Shown here piece by piece: positions 6,832-16,643 of a stretch of 32,000 bases of DNA. Position numbers and translations under genes: made by a program. A model generated the notes under the pieces. It did no database searches. It was not told where the DNA came from and saw nothing but the letters and a program-made list of their open reading frames with translations. The stretch is taken from assembly GCA_964543385.1 (NCBI GenBank), contig CAZIYE010000001.1, positions 60,001-92,000 of the forward strand, written 5' to 3'. How positions within the stretch are numbered: the first letter of the stretch is position 1; every line of letters starts with the position of its first letter. The DNA comes from an uncultured Candidatus Saccharibacteria bacterium (lineage in GTDB: Bacteria; Patescibacteriota; UBA1384; XYA2-FULL-43-10; 1-14-0-10-43-13).

Positions 6832-7861
6832 TATGTTTCCTTATTTCTTTAATAATCTCATCTGGAGTAAAGCCCTGAGCCGGTTTATTAATCTCGATAA
6901 TATCCAGCTTCATCCCCGACAATTCATATTTAATCAAACGAGAAAGTTGATTCAATGCTGACTCCACGATAAAGACTCTTTTTTTACCAACAACTGCTGC
7001 CTTTAATCCTTTTACATCAAGAGGATGAAGTGTTATCGGACGGAATAATCCAATCTTAGACTTTCCCTTCCGGAAAAAAGAGACGGCTTCCTTTGCCGCG
7101 CTAGCAACTAAACCATGAGAAATAATCAGATCTCTAGCATCATCAATTCTAAAACTTTCGGATTCGATAATTTTAGTTTTTAAGGCATTCCAATCAGCGA
7201 CATTTTTTGCCAGCATTTCACCAAATTCTGACTCTGAGCTGTAACAGTTTCGTAGATGAGTAGGCTCCTTTGTCTCTAATAAAATTTTTTCAGATTGAAT
7301 TGGTTTTATCTGTTTTTTTAAGACAACGTTTTGCTTCATTTTTCCCAAATAACCATCACCCAAGACAATGGTAGGAAAACGATATTTCCAAGCAGCAGAA
7401 AATGCCTTTATCACAAGATCATACATTTCGGCAACCGAGGAAGCAGAATAGACTATGCGCAAACCATCACCATTACCGCCAAATGCCGCCAAATGGACTT
7501 CCTGTTGGGAAAAATTAACCGTTCCAGTAGATGGACCTCCACGTTGCATCATAATACCAACAAAAGGAAGCCTCATATTTTCTGCCATCGATATAGCATC
7601 TTGCAATAATATATGGCCTGGTCCGGCAGAAGCCGTAAAAGCCTTTACTCCACCTAGGACAGCACCGAGAACACCAAAACCCGCAGCAATTTCATCCTCT
7701 GTCTGAAGACAGATCAGACTGTTATCCTTTTGAGCCTTAGCGATAAACCCTTCCAAAATTTCTGTTGCTGGTGTTATCGGATAGCCAAATATCGCTTTAG
7801 CGCCAGCATCAATAGCGCCAAGAACAGCAGCTTCATTACCAGTAATAAGCATCTTCTCCAT
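6824..7861 (-). CDS. 2-oxoacid:ferredoxin oxidoreductase alpha subunit
   Basis: TGNEAAVLGAIDAGAKAIFGYPITPATEI and the typical alpha-subunit layout. It overlaps the beta gene by 8 nt. Confidence 0.85.
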   Translation of the reverse strand: MEKMLITGNEAAVLGAIDAGAKAIFGYPITPATEILEGFIAKAQKDNSLICLQTEDEIAAGFGVLGAVLGGVKAFTASAGPGHILLQDAISMAENMRLPFVGIMMQRGGPSTGTVNFSQQEVHLAAFGGNGDGLRIVYSASSVAEMYDLVIKAFSAAWKYRFPTIVLGDGYLGKMKQNVVLKKQIKPIQSEKILLETKEPTHLRNCYSSESEFGEMLAKNVADWNALKTKIIESESFRIDDARDLIISHGLVASAAKEAVSFFRKGKSKIGLFRPITLHPLDVKGLKAAVVGKKRVFIVESALNQLSRLIKYELSGMKLDIIEINKPAQGFTPDEIIKEIRKHNG

Positions 7862-7868
7862 GTTATCC

Positions 7869-9857
7869 CTACTTAGTTATTATTCTTGCATCCACTAAAT
7901 AAAATTCTCCACTCTCATCCGCAATCATCGGATTGAAATCAATCTCTGTGATATTCTCAAAGTTGTCAGCAAAGCTAGATGTATTGACAATAATTTTGGC
8001 AATCTCATCAATATTATAAGCCATCTGCCCTCTAGCCCCTGCCAAAATTGCGCCCATTTTAGTCTCGGCTATCATCTCTTTAGCAACCTCTGTAGAAATT
8101 GGTGCAATACGGTAACTTAGATCCTTATAAACTTCGGAATAAATGCCACCAGTTCCAAAAGCAATTACAGTACCAATATTAGCATCCTTCTTAATTCCCA
8201 GAAAAATTTCATGTTTTCCTTTAACCATTTTGCCAACAATTGCCGGAGAACCAACCTCAGTGAAGGCAGCAAGCAAATCTGTTTCATTCTTAAGATTCAA
8301 TTTCACTCCGCCAGCATCAGATTTATGAGAAATATCTTTTTGAGCTGTTTTAAGAACCAATGGATAACCAATATTTTCTGCGGCAGCCCGTAGCTCAGTC
8401 TCGTTATTAACTTCAATATAACCAAGAACTGGTAAATTAAACTTCTTTAATAAATTATCTTTATTAGACATATCGAATGTCTCAGTGGGGGTGTTAGAAT
8501 TGCTAATTTCAACCTTTTTTGTTGAGAAATCTACAAGAGCACGAAGCGCCTTCACACCCATCTCTGGATAAAGGAAGCAAATTTTCTGAGCACTCTCAAT
8601 AATTTTGCAACCGCTTTCAACTGATGCACCACCGATAAATGCAGAAATTATAGGCTTATCAGTCTTTAGATCGATGATATGTCTGGCTGTCTCTTCTACT
8701 TTAGTTGAGGACTGTGGTGTTAATAAAACAAGTAGAGCGTCGATATTAGGATCATTCGCAACGATCTCCATTGCATCTTTATATTCTGTATCAGAGGCGT
8801 CACCCAAAACATCAATTGGATTGCCAACTGGGGCCTCTGGTCTCAATACTTTTTGTAATCTTGCTTTTGTTTCATCAGAGATAGTAGCAAGCTGCAAGCT
8901 ATGTTTTATAATGGCATCGCTAGAAGCAATTGAGGGACCGCCGGCATTTGTAATAATAGCAACACGGTCACCGCCTATTTTATTATAGGTAGAAAATAAT
9001 GCTGCATAGGCAAACAAATCTTCAAGATCATCAGCAATAATTACACCAGACTGCCTCAAATATGTCTCGACAGCCAGATAAGACGAAACCAAGGATCCAG
9101 TATGAGAGGCAGCTGCATGAGCACCAGCCGCAGTCTTGCCACCAAACAAAACAACTGTGGGTTTTCGCTTAGCGTTTTTTATAAAAACCTCAGTTAATTC
9201 AGGAGATACATTTAGCTGCTCCCAATAAGAGATGATTACTTTTGTTGAATCGTCACTGTAAAGATATTTGAGCAAATCAGCCTCTTTTAAGACAGCCTTA
9301 TTTCCAAGTGAAAAAATCTTAGAAAATCCCAGAGAAGTTGTTTTTGACCAGTCGATTAAGGCAGTAATCATGGCACCAGATTGAGAAATAAAAGAAATAT
9401 TACCCTTATTTGGCATCGAATTAGCGAATGAAGCATTTAGATTAATGTCTGTGTTGATAAGGCCCAGACAGTTTGGTCCTAATAATGAGATTCCTGCATT
9501 TTGACAAATTGTCACAATCTCTTCTTGGAGTTTAGTACCTTCTTCGCCAGTTTCAGAGAATCCAGCCGTAATTACAATTGCACTCTTGATACCTTTTTCT
9601 CCGCATTCTTTTAAAGCACCCACAACAAATTTGGAGGGAATACAAATTACCGCAAGATCGATTTCCTCATCAATAGAAAGAACGGAATCGTAAACATTTT
9701 TACCCAAAATTTCACCACCTTTAGGATTGATGGGGTAGACTTCGCCAATAAAGTTATTTTTAATAAGGTTATCAAAAATTTGGTAACCAATTTTTTCAGG
9801 GCTAGCTGATGCTCCAATCACAGCGATGGAACTAGGTATAATAAGTTTGTCCAACAT
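7869..9857 (-). CDS. ADP-forming acetyl-CoA synthetase (fused CoA-binding / ATP-grasp, ACD type)
   Basis: N-terminal CoA-binding SIAVIGASASPEKIGYQIF, ligase-CoA region, succinyl-CoA-synthetase-like region, and a C-terminal ATP-grasp (GYPLVLKT...HKSDAGGVKLNL). Confidence 0.85.
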   Translation of the reverse strand: MLDKLIIPSSIAVIGASASPEKIGYQIFDNLIKNNFIGEVYPINPKGGEILGKNVYDSVLSIDEEIDLAVICIPSKFVVGALKECGEKGIKSAIVITAGFSETGEEGTKLQEEIVTICQNAGISLLGPNCLGLINTDINLNASFANSMPNKGNISFISQSGAMITALIDWSKTTSLGFSKIFSLGNKAVLKEADLLKYLYSDDSTKVIISYWEQLNVSPELTEVFIKNAKRKPTVVLFGGKTAAGAHAAASHTGSLVSSYLAVETYLRQSGVIIADDLEDLFAYAALFSTYNKIGGDRVAIITNAGGPSIASSDAIIKHSLQLATISDETKARLQKVLRPEAPVGNPIDVLGDASDTEYKDAMEIVANDPNIDALLVLLTPQSSTKVEETARHIIDLKTDKPIISAFIGGASVESGCKIIESAQKICFLYPEMGVKALRALVDFSTKKVEISNSNTPTETFDMSNKDNLLKKFNLPVLGYIEVNNETELRAAAENIGYPLVLKTAQKDISHKSDAGGVKLNLKNETDLLAAFTEVGSPAIVGKMVKGKHEIFLGIKKDANIGTVIAFGTGGIYSEVYKDLSYRIAPISTEVAKEMIAETKMGAILAGARGQMAYNIDEIAKIIVNTSSFADNFENITEIDFNPMIADESGEFYLVDARIITK

Positions 9858-9864
9858 AAAAATC

Positions 9865-11313
9865 CTATCTGTCTAAATGATTTATAATAATTTTTTTTAA
9901 ATAGCTTTGATTATATTTTATATTCATTAAATCTAAAATCCCCAAACTTTGCTGGGCTAACTTCTTTGAATAATTAGATACCTCAATAAGAGGAAGAGGA
10001 TTTGAGGAAAATTGAGTTCTTTCACCAAATGGAAGCGAAACCTCGACTATCTCCTCAGCCATTCCATAGAAAGAGGATACCAACAGAATTCCACCGTTTT
10101 CCAGTATACACGATTCTAGACCAGATAATAAACTGTCTAAATTTTTCACTGTTGTTTCTACCCGTCCGAAGTTCTTGCCTTGGCATACATTAGCGATAAA
10201 AGGCAAATCGACTATTATCAAATCATCTTTCTTTTTCTTTATTCTGTCCTTTATGAATTCAAAAACCCCAGCTATGAATATCTTTTCTTGAGCTTCTGAT
10301 CGATCGACATCTTCAAGCTCTATTTTTCTGATATTCTGCGGAATATTTGTTATCGACGAAATAAGATCACAGTCGGCTTTATTGGCCAGAAGGATGCCAT
10401 GGCTTTTGGATAGTCTAGAAAACCACGACGAACTAGTGCTGCTACAAATATTTTTATCAGCTTGATCCCAGGGAGCATCAATTAAATATAGAATTTTAAG
10501 AAATTTTAGCCTTCTGATCTCGGGATAGTTAAAAAGGCCAAAGAAATATTTCGATAATGGCAATACAGCTTCGCAATTATGATCAAAAAATATTACTGCA
10601 TCAAAATCAGATATCATTGTCCGACTATTCGAAATTATAAAGCTCCCCAACCATTCCGCTCCCTTTTTGCCAGCAGAAAACATCTGTTCAAAAGATAAAA
10701 CCCTTTTCCCTCTTCCTGAAATTATGGTATTTAGAGTCTCTGCCAAATTATCGTTTAAATAAAGATTATTAAGGGTGCTAATTGTAGCTATTTGGGCATT
10801 GCCAATCTTTAATAACTTGGCCTGTAAGCCATTAAGTATCTCGATGACTTTATTTTTTGAAGAAAAGTTATCGACGAAAAGATGTATATACTGCTGGTAA
10901 ACACCGTTAGACTTAGATAATTTAACAAGGTTTATTAGATGATCCAAATCACCGAACCTATTGTCCTCAGAGATAGTACCAATAATGTGAAGTTTTGAAT
11001 TATGCTTTAATACGTGAGCATATAATCCCTGCAAAGTCTTATTTTCATGAATACTTTTGCCAGTAAACGATTCATCAATAATTTTTGAATTTGTTTTGGG
11101 ATCAGTATCCTTATAAAATTCCTCATAAAAACATCTCTTATTCAGCGATTCAGACTTATTAGATGACTCCAGTACCAGATGACTGTATTTTTTCCATAAG
11201 TTATTAAAATTATCAGCTTTAGCACTGATAATAGCATTCTTTTGCCAAGACAAATTAAGCCCCCACCCCTGCAAAAGCAATAGAACAATAGGTTTTTGAT
11301 TATTATCTTCCAT
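9865..11313 (-). CDS. iPGM-like paralogue lacking all catalytic and metal residues (predicted pseudoenzyme)
   Basis: It is collinear with the adjacent gpmI (PIVLLLLQGWGL vs PFVLVILDGWGI), but LDG is replaced by LQG, the NSEAGH phosphoserine motif is absent, NTDMVGH is replaced by IANVCQG, ADHGN by SSFYGM, and EHT by QFS. Its start overlaps the gpmI stop by 11 nt. Confidence 0.7.
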   Translation of the reverse strand: MEDNNQKPIVLLLLQGWGLNLSWQKNAIISAKADNFNNLWKKYSHLVLESSNKSESLNKRCFYEEFYKDTDPKTNSKIIDESFTGKSIHENKTLQGLYAHVLKHNSKLHIIGTISEDNRFGDLDHLINLVKLSKSNGVYQQYIHLFVDNFSSKNKVIEILNGLQAKLLKIGNAQIATISTLNNLYLNDNLAETLNTIISGRGKRVLSFEQMFSAGKKGAEWLGSFIISNSRTMISDFDAVIFFDHNCEAVLPLSKYFFGLFNYPEIRRLKFLKILYLIDAPWDQADKNICSSTSSSWFSRLSKSHGILLANKADCDLISSITNIPQNIRKIELEDVDRSEAQEKIFIAGVFEFIKDRIKKKKDDLIIVDLPFIANVCQGKNFGRVETTVKNLDSLLSGLESCILENGGILLVSSFYGMAEEIVEVSLPFGERTQFSSNPLPLIEVSNYSKKLAQQSLGILDLMNIKYNQSYLKKIIINHLDR

Positions 11314-12886
11314 TGTCAGAAATAATTAACGATTTCTCTTTTTGCTTATCATCATAAGTAATCCCCATAACATCAAGAATTGTTGGCGATATAGAAGCCA
11401 AAACTCCGTCAGGTCTAAACTTCAGAGATTTAAGTTGAGAGTCAGCAGACACAAGACCGAACGGAACAGGATTACATGTATGCTCAGTATCGGGAGATCC
11501 GGTGCGAGGGTTTACCATTTGTTCAGCATTACCATGATCCGCACAGATTGCCGCAACACCACTTTTTTTGATCACCGTATCAAGAACCTTGCCAAGACAC
11601 TTATCAACGCACTCAACTGCCTTAACTGTTGCCCCCAAATCGCCGGTATGTCCAACCATATCAGTATTCGCAAAGTTCACAACCAGAAACTCATAGATGT
11701 TTCGATTGATCGCGTCAATCAAAGTCTTTGTAACCTCTCCAGCACTCATTTCAGGAACTTTATCATAGGTCCTTACTGAAGTAGGGGATGGAATCATAAG
11801 ACGGTCTTCGCCGGGATAACTTTCCTCATGACCGCCATTTAAGAAGTATGTAACATGAGCATACTTCTCTGTCTCGGCAGTATGATATTGCCTAAAACCC
11901 TTTGACGACAATATAGATGCGAGAGGATCAGTCACCTTTTCTGGAAAAAATGCTTGATTCGCGGGTGAATTCTCGTCATGCATAACAAAAGTAGCAAAGT
12001 ATAAATTCTTAAGCAGCTTTCTATTTGGAATATCTCTGAATTCAGGATCAAGAAATGTCTTCGTTAACTCCTTGGCTCTGTCCGCTCTGAAATTAAATAG
12101 TATCACCGAATCATTATCAGTAATCGGTCTAAAAGAATGTTGCTTATCCTGAACAATACTAGGCTCAATAAATTCGTCTGTAATTCCATGTGCGTATGAT
12201 TCGGTAAAAATTGTTCCTATTGATAAATATGATCTTCCGTTACCACCAACCAACATATCGTAGGTCTTTTTGACACGATCCCAACGGTTATCTCTATCCA
12301 TCGCATAAAAACGTCCGATTATAGAAGTAATTTTTCCGATGCCAACTTTTCTCACCTCTGCTTCAACTTCAGAAAGCATCTCTATACCGGACATAGAATC
12401 GGAATCTCGGCCATCGGTAAACAAATGAATGTAAACTCTATCAAATTTTTTATCGGCAATAAGTTTGAGCAGAGCAAAAAGGTGATTTATATGACTATGA
12501 GTCCCAGTCTTCGAAAGAAGTCCCATGACATGTAAATTGGATTTATTTTCCCTAGCATGCTCAACTGCTGCATGAAGAATTTTGTTTTCAAAAAATCTTC
12601 CACTCGATATTTCTTTATCTATCATCGGTTGATCCTGATATATAATATGCCCCGCGCCAATATTAAGATGCCCCGCTTCAGAGTTACCAGGGGCCCCATC
12701 GGGAAGACCGACCGCACCATCAGATGCCTGCAGGGTAGTATAGGGGAAATTCTTCTGCATTGTCTTAAAGTTTTTAACTTCAGCAATAGAAATCGCATTC
12801 CCTCCCCACACAGGGGCGATACCCCAACCGTCCAAAATAACTAAAACAAAAGGCTTTTTTGATTTGCCTACTGAAAAATTAAACAA
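11303..12886 (-). CDS. gpmI: 2,3-bisphosphoglycerate-independent phosphoglycerate mutase
   Basis: ILDGWGI, GNSEAGHLNIGAG, NFANTDMVGHTG, ADHGNAE and TEHT are all present. It uses a TTG start preceded by AGGAGGG. Confidence 0.9.
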   Translation of the reverse strand: MFNFSVGKSKKPFVLVILDGWGIAPVWGGNAISIAEVKNFKTMQKNFPYTTLQASDGAVGLPDGAPGNSEAGHLNIGAGHIIYQDQPMIDKEISSGRFFENKILHAAVEHARENKSNLHVMGLLSKTGTHSHINHLFALLKLIADKKFDRVYIHLFTDGRDSDSMSGIEMLSEVEAEVRKVGIGKITSIIGRFYAMDRDNRWDRVKKTYDMLVGGNGRSYLSIGTIFTESYAHGITDEFIEPSIVQDKQHSFRPITDNDSVILFNFRADRAKELTKTFLDPEFRDIPNRKLLKNLYFATFVMHDENSPANQAFFPEKVTDPLASILSSKGFRQYHTAETEKYAHVTYFLNGGHEESYPGEDRLMIPSPTSVRTYDKVPEMSAGEVTKTLIDAINRNIYEFLVVNFANTDMVGHTGDLGATVKAVECVDKCLGKVLDTVIKKSGVAAICADHGNAEQMVNPRTGSPDTEHTCNPVPFGLVSADSQLKSLKFRPDGVLASISPTILDVMGITYDDKQKEKSLIISDNGR

Positions 12887-12902
12887 ATTCCCTCCTAAAA
12901 CA

Positions 12903-13958
12903 TTAAGCTAAACGCTCCTTAAGATAATCTATAGTATCATTCGTACCAGGATTTACTCTATTCAACATCGCTAAATAATATGAAACAAAATCACCAAACA
13001 TTACATGTAAAAATATTTCGACCAACTGGTCTTGTCCCTGTAAAAATTTAATTCTTTCAAGAGGAATTTTATTTCTTGCCAAAACATCAGCCGTAACGTT
13101 TTCCCTTAATTTGTTTCGACTATATTCAAAGTCAGACTCGAGCATTAAGACAAAAATTTGGTTTTTGGGACATAGCAATCCTTCTACTGATTTATGGTTC
13201 ACTTCTGGAATCTCCTCATGAAAAGCAAAATTCTTTGAGTTTTCATTTAATTGGCCCTTGATTCTGGCCCCAACCCCAGCAAGCTTATCTGAGGTATATA
13301 TTACCGGAATTTTCCCAAAAATCTTCTCTGCTAGTATCTTTGCTGGATTGCCCAACAAAGAATTTGGTATTTGGTATTTATTGATCGCACTCTTCAAATT
13401 CGTAACTATATTATTTATTCTAGCACGATCGATATTTATGTAACCAAGCTTACTAAAGATAGAGAGAAGAAAGATAAACATAAAGGGAAATGAGGCTCGA
13501 GGAGGACAATGATAGTCAAACTTCAATAGGGGCGCTCTATATTTCTCTGCCAATATTTTTAATTTTCCGCCAGTTGTAATAGCAATTAGCTTTGCGCCTT
13601 TTTCATGAGCAGAGATAAAGCCAGACAGCGTCTCTTCAGTGTCACCAGAATAAGAGCTTGCGATAACTAGAGTATCCTTGTCTATAAAACCAGGTAAAAT
13701 ATAATTATGAACACTCTCAATCACAAGATCAGTTTGACTAAACAACAAATTCTTGAGGATATCTCCAGCTTCACCGGATCCGCCCATTCCTAGCAGAACA
13801 ACTTTCTTTGCCTTAATATAATATGATGGTATAGAATAACTATCTGCCATACTGAATGCTTGCTCGCACAGCAAAGGAAAATTCTCAATATGGCGAATCA
13901 TTCCCTTAGAATCGACTTTACTAACATCAATTTTGTCTAAAATGTCCATATTGCCCAC
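12903..13958 (-). CDS. Bifunctional phosphoglucose/phosphomannose isomerase (SIS domain, PGI/PMI family)
   Basis: SIS motifs VVLLGMGGSGEAGDIL and SYSGDTEETL, with size and layout typical of the archaeal-type PGI/PMI family. Confidence 0.75.
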   Translation of the reverse strand: MGNMDILDKIDVSKVDSKGMIRHIENFPLLCEQAFSMADSYSIPSYYIKAKKVVLLGMGGSGEAGDILKNLLFSQTDLVIESVHNYILPGFIDKDTLVIASSYSGDTEETLSGFISAHEKGAKLIAITTGGKLKILAEKYRAPLLKFDYHCPPRASFPFMFIFLLSIFSKLGYINIDRARINNIVTNLKSAINKYQIPNSLLGNPAKILAEKIFGKIPVIYTSDKLAGVGARIKGQLNENSKNFAFHEEIPEVNHKSVEGLLCPKNQIFVLMLESDFEYSRNKLRENVTADVLARNKIPLERIKFLQGQDQLVEIFLHVMFGDFVSYYLAMLNRVNPGTNDTIDYLKERLA

Positions 13959-14036
13959 AACAAACCTCTTTTTAAAATCCTAGTATAATTATATTATTAA
14001 AAGTAGACTAAAAACAAGCCATAACAAAGAGAAAAA

Positions 14037-14618
14037 ATGCATACCCTAAATCAAGAAAATATTAATGAAATTGCAAGCAAAGCAGCAGAGACTATTAAAA
14101 ACGGCGGCATTGCCTTAGTTCCTTTTGATACTGTCTATGGATTTATATGCGATCCCAGCAATAGCTCCGCACTCGAAAAAATATTCCATCTCAAAGAAAG
14201 AGACGAGAACAAGACCATAGGATTAGCAGTCTCTTCCTTATCAGATATAGAAAAAATTGCTGAAACCCTTAATCCAGAATTCATTAGCGCTAGGATACCT
14301 GGCAGATACACATTTATCCTAAAATCAAAAAACGATAGTTTTTCAAAATATTGTTATCAAAACGGAACTATTGGAGTAAGAGTCCCAGATAATAGTCTCA
14401 TAATAAAAATCGCCAGCCTATTTGGTCCCATTGCCCAAACTTCAGCAAATAAATCTGGGCTTTCAAATTGCCTATCGATTCCAGAAGTTATAGCACAATT
14501 CCCACCGGCAGAATTCAATAATATTGATCTGATTGTAGACGGTGGCAAAATAGAAAATGGAAAGCCATCACAAATTTGGGACATGACTAAAAAAGAACCA
14601 TCTCTGATTGAAAGGTAG
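14037..14618 (+). CDS. tsaC: L-threonylcarbamoyladenylate synthase, YrdC-domain only (TsaC type)
   Basis: PFDTVYGFICDP, IGVRVPD and QTSANKSG are YrdC/Sua5 fold motifs. There is no Sua5 C-terminal domain. Confidence 0.75.
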   Translation: MHTLNQENINEIASKAAETIKNGGIALVPFDTVYGFICDPSNSSALEKIFHLKERDENKTIGLAVSSLSDIEKIAETLNPEFISARIPGRYTFILKSKNDSFSKYCYQNGTIGVRVPDNSLIIKIASLFGPIAQTSANKSGLSNCLSIPEVIAQFPPAEFNNIDLIVDGGKIENGKPSQIWDMTKKEPSLIER

Positions 14619-14653
14619 AAGAAAATCTGCTATCATATATATAGTAAATGCAT

Positions 14654-14739
14654 GGGCGAGTGGCGGAATTGGTATACGCGCATGACTCAAAATCTTGTGC
14701 CCTAAAGGCTTGTGGGTTCGAGTCCCACCCCGCCCACCA
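14654..14739 (+). tRNA. tRNA-Leu(CAA), type II with long variable arm and encoded CCA
   Basis: Acceptor GGGCGAG/CCCGCCC (one A6:C67 mismatch), D arm GCGGAATTGGTATACGC, anticodon loop CTCAAAA, T arm GTGGG-TTCGAGT-CCCAC, then ACCA. Confidence 0.9.
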
Positions 14740-14766
14740 TTTATTATAACTGTATCTAAAAAATAG

Positions 14767-14795
14767 AGAGCCTTTGGCTCTTTTTATTTTTTTAT
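14767..14795 (+). terminator. Intrinsic terminator after tRNA-Leu
   Basis: AGAGCC-ttt-GGCTCT followed by TTTTATTTTTTT. Confidence 0.6.
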
Positions 14796-14826
14796 CAGCT
14801 TATTCTCAGAAAATATGTTATATAAT
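14792..14826 (+). promoter_or_regulatory. P1: tandem heptamer box plus -10 upstream of the response-regulator operon
   Basis: TTATCAG-CTTA-TTCTCAG - 11 nt - TATAAT. There is no recognisable -35. The architecture matches P2 and P3. Confidence 0.55.
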
Positions 14827-14855
14827 GAATATAAATAATCTTTAATTTTACTAAC

Positions 14856-15527
14856 ATGCGAATATTAATAATAGAAGATGACCACAAGATTGCAAATGCT
14901 ATAAAAAAAGGGCTAGAACAGGAATCTTTTGCTGTGGATGTTGAATTTGATGGAAAAAATGGTCTAGGATCTGCTTTGACCATTGAATATGATTTAATAT
15001 TACTTGATCGTATGCTACCAGAAGTTGACGGTATAAAAATTTGTGAAATTCTAAGAGATAAACAGAAACATATGCCTATCCTCTTGCTTACTGCTAAAGA
15101 TAAAATAAGTGATAGGGTGGATGGATTAAACGCTGGAGCTGATGACTACCTAGTTAAGCCTTTTGCATTCGAAGAATTGCTAGCCAGAGTGCGAGCATTG
15201 CTACGCCGACCAAAAAATCAAACCGACGTTATATTAAAAATAGATAATTTAGAGCTTGATCCAATAAAATTCATAGCGAAAAGGGCAGGCGTGGAGATAA
15301 GACTTTCGACAAAAGAGTTTGCTTTACTTGAATATATGATGAGAAATCCAAATCAAGTACTAAGTAAAGATAATATCATCAACCATGTATGGAACTATGA
15401 TGCAGATATTTTGCCCAATACAGTGGAGGTATACATGGGATATTTAAGAAACAAAATTGATAAGCCGTTTAAAAAAGATAAATCACTAATAAATACCATC
15501 CGCGGATTTGGTTATAGAATTGGCTAA
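14856..15527 (+). CDS. OmpR/PhoB-family response regulator
   Basis: Receiver domain (MRILIIEDD, LDRMLPEVDG, LLLTAK) plus a winged-helix trans_reg_C domain (LSTKEFALLEYMMRNPNQVLSKDNI, IRGFGYRI). Confidence 0.9.
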   Translation: MRILIIEDDHKIANAIKKGLEQESFAVDVEFDGKNGLGSALTIEYDLILLDRMLPEVDGIKICEILRDKQKHMPILLLTAKDKISDRVDGLNAGADDYLVKPFAFEELLARVRALLRRPKNQTDVILKIDNLELDPIKFIAKRAGVEIRLSTKEFALLEYMMRNPNQVLSKDNIINHVWNYDADILPNTVEVYMGYLRNKIDKPFKKDKSLINTIRGFGYRIG

Positions 15528-15528
15528 T

Positions 15529-16578
15529 ATGAATGAAATAAGAAATGTCTTCAATAAACTAAAATCAAAACATATCGATTTTGCAGTAATAAAACTTTCT
15601 TTGTTTTACGTTTTGATTATTATGACGATCAGCGTTTCATTTAGCCTCATACTCCACAGAATCTCATATCAGGAAATAAATAGGGGATTGGGACGCCAGT
15701 TACGAACTTTTTGGGAACAAAACAATATTAACTTTACGGGCCCAATGGCCGATTTAGAAAGAATTCGTCAAGATCAAACCAATGAAGCGAATAAACGACT
15801 AACCTTGAACTTAATATATTTTAATATTCTAATCCTAGTTTTTTCATCAGTAACCAGTTACTTCTTCGCAAAAAAAACCCTTGAACCTATAGAAAAATCA
15901 ATGGAGGAACAAAATCGTTTTACTGCCGACGCCTCCCATGAGCTACGCACTCCTCTAACTGCGATGAAGACCGAGATAGAGGTAGCCCTAAGAGATAAAA
16001 GTTTAAACTTGGAACAAGCAAAAACTCTCCTAGACAGCAACCTAGAAGAAGTTGGTAAATTGGAATCTTTATCGAATGCATTATTGAAATTAGCAAAAGC
16101 TGAAAATATCAATCATGAATTTGAAGAAGTAAATTTATGGGCAATAGTTAAAGAAGCACATAAAAAAATACAACGTTTGTCAGACAAAAAAATGATCTCA
16201 ATCGAAATATCTCCGGCAGATAAAAATGATAACTTCATAATTGATGGAGAACCACAAAGTCTTACTGAGCTTTTTGTAATTCTTATAGACAATGCCATCA
16301 AATACAGCCCTGAAAATACATCGGTCATCGTATCGTTGGAAAATCAAGGAGAGCATATTGTCGTTAAAATAAAAGATAATGGTATCGGCATAAAAGCAAG
16401 TGATTTACCTTATATTTTCAATCGTTTTTACCGTGCCGACAACTCCAGAAATAAGCAAAAAATTGCTGGTTATGGATTAGGCCTTTCAATAGCAAAACAA
16501 ATAGTAGATATGCACAACGGTGCAATTTCCGTAAACAGTAAAATTGGCAAAGGTAGCGAGTTCAAGATCTCACTGTAA
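15529..16578 (+). CDS. Sensor histidine kinase with two TM segments and a short ~50-aa outer loop
   Basis: H-box FTADASHELRTPLTAM, N-box DNAIKYS, G-boxes DNGIGI and GYGLGLSI. I prefer the ATG at 15529, 1 nt after the RR stop, over the TTG at 15508 given in the ORF track. Confidence 0.85.
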   Translation: MNEIRNVFNKLKSKHIDFAVIKLSLFYVLIIMTISVSFSLILHRISYQEINRGLGRQLRTFWEQNNINFTGPMADLERIRQDQTNEANKRLTLNLIYFNILILVFSSVTSYFFAKKTLEPIEKSMEEQNRFTADASHELRTPLTAMKTEIEVALRDKSLNLEQAKTLLDSNLEEVGKLESLSNALLKLAKAENINHEFEEVNLWAIVKEAHKKIQRLSDKKMISIEISPADKNDNFIIDGEPQSLTELFVILIDNAIKYSPENTSVIVSLENQGEHIVVKIKDNGIGIKASDLPYIFNRFYRADNSRNKQKIAGYGLGLSIAKQIVDMHNGAISVNSKIGKGSEFKISL

Positions 16579-16643
16579 ACCATAGAAATCTCTATCAAAA
16601 TTTGATATATAATATAAAGAATCAATTGGGGAGGTAATTGACG

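Noticed and set aside
8605-8988. Long antisense or off-frame ORFs inside well-supported genes. This one, plus 7331-7706, 17049-17477, 18408-18923, 19084-19632, 26978-27430, 29990-30708 and similar
   Set aside because: They overlap genes with clear family motifs on the other strand or frame. They have low-complexity or atypical composition and no ribosome-binding sites. They are shadow ORFs.
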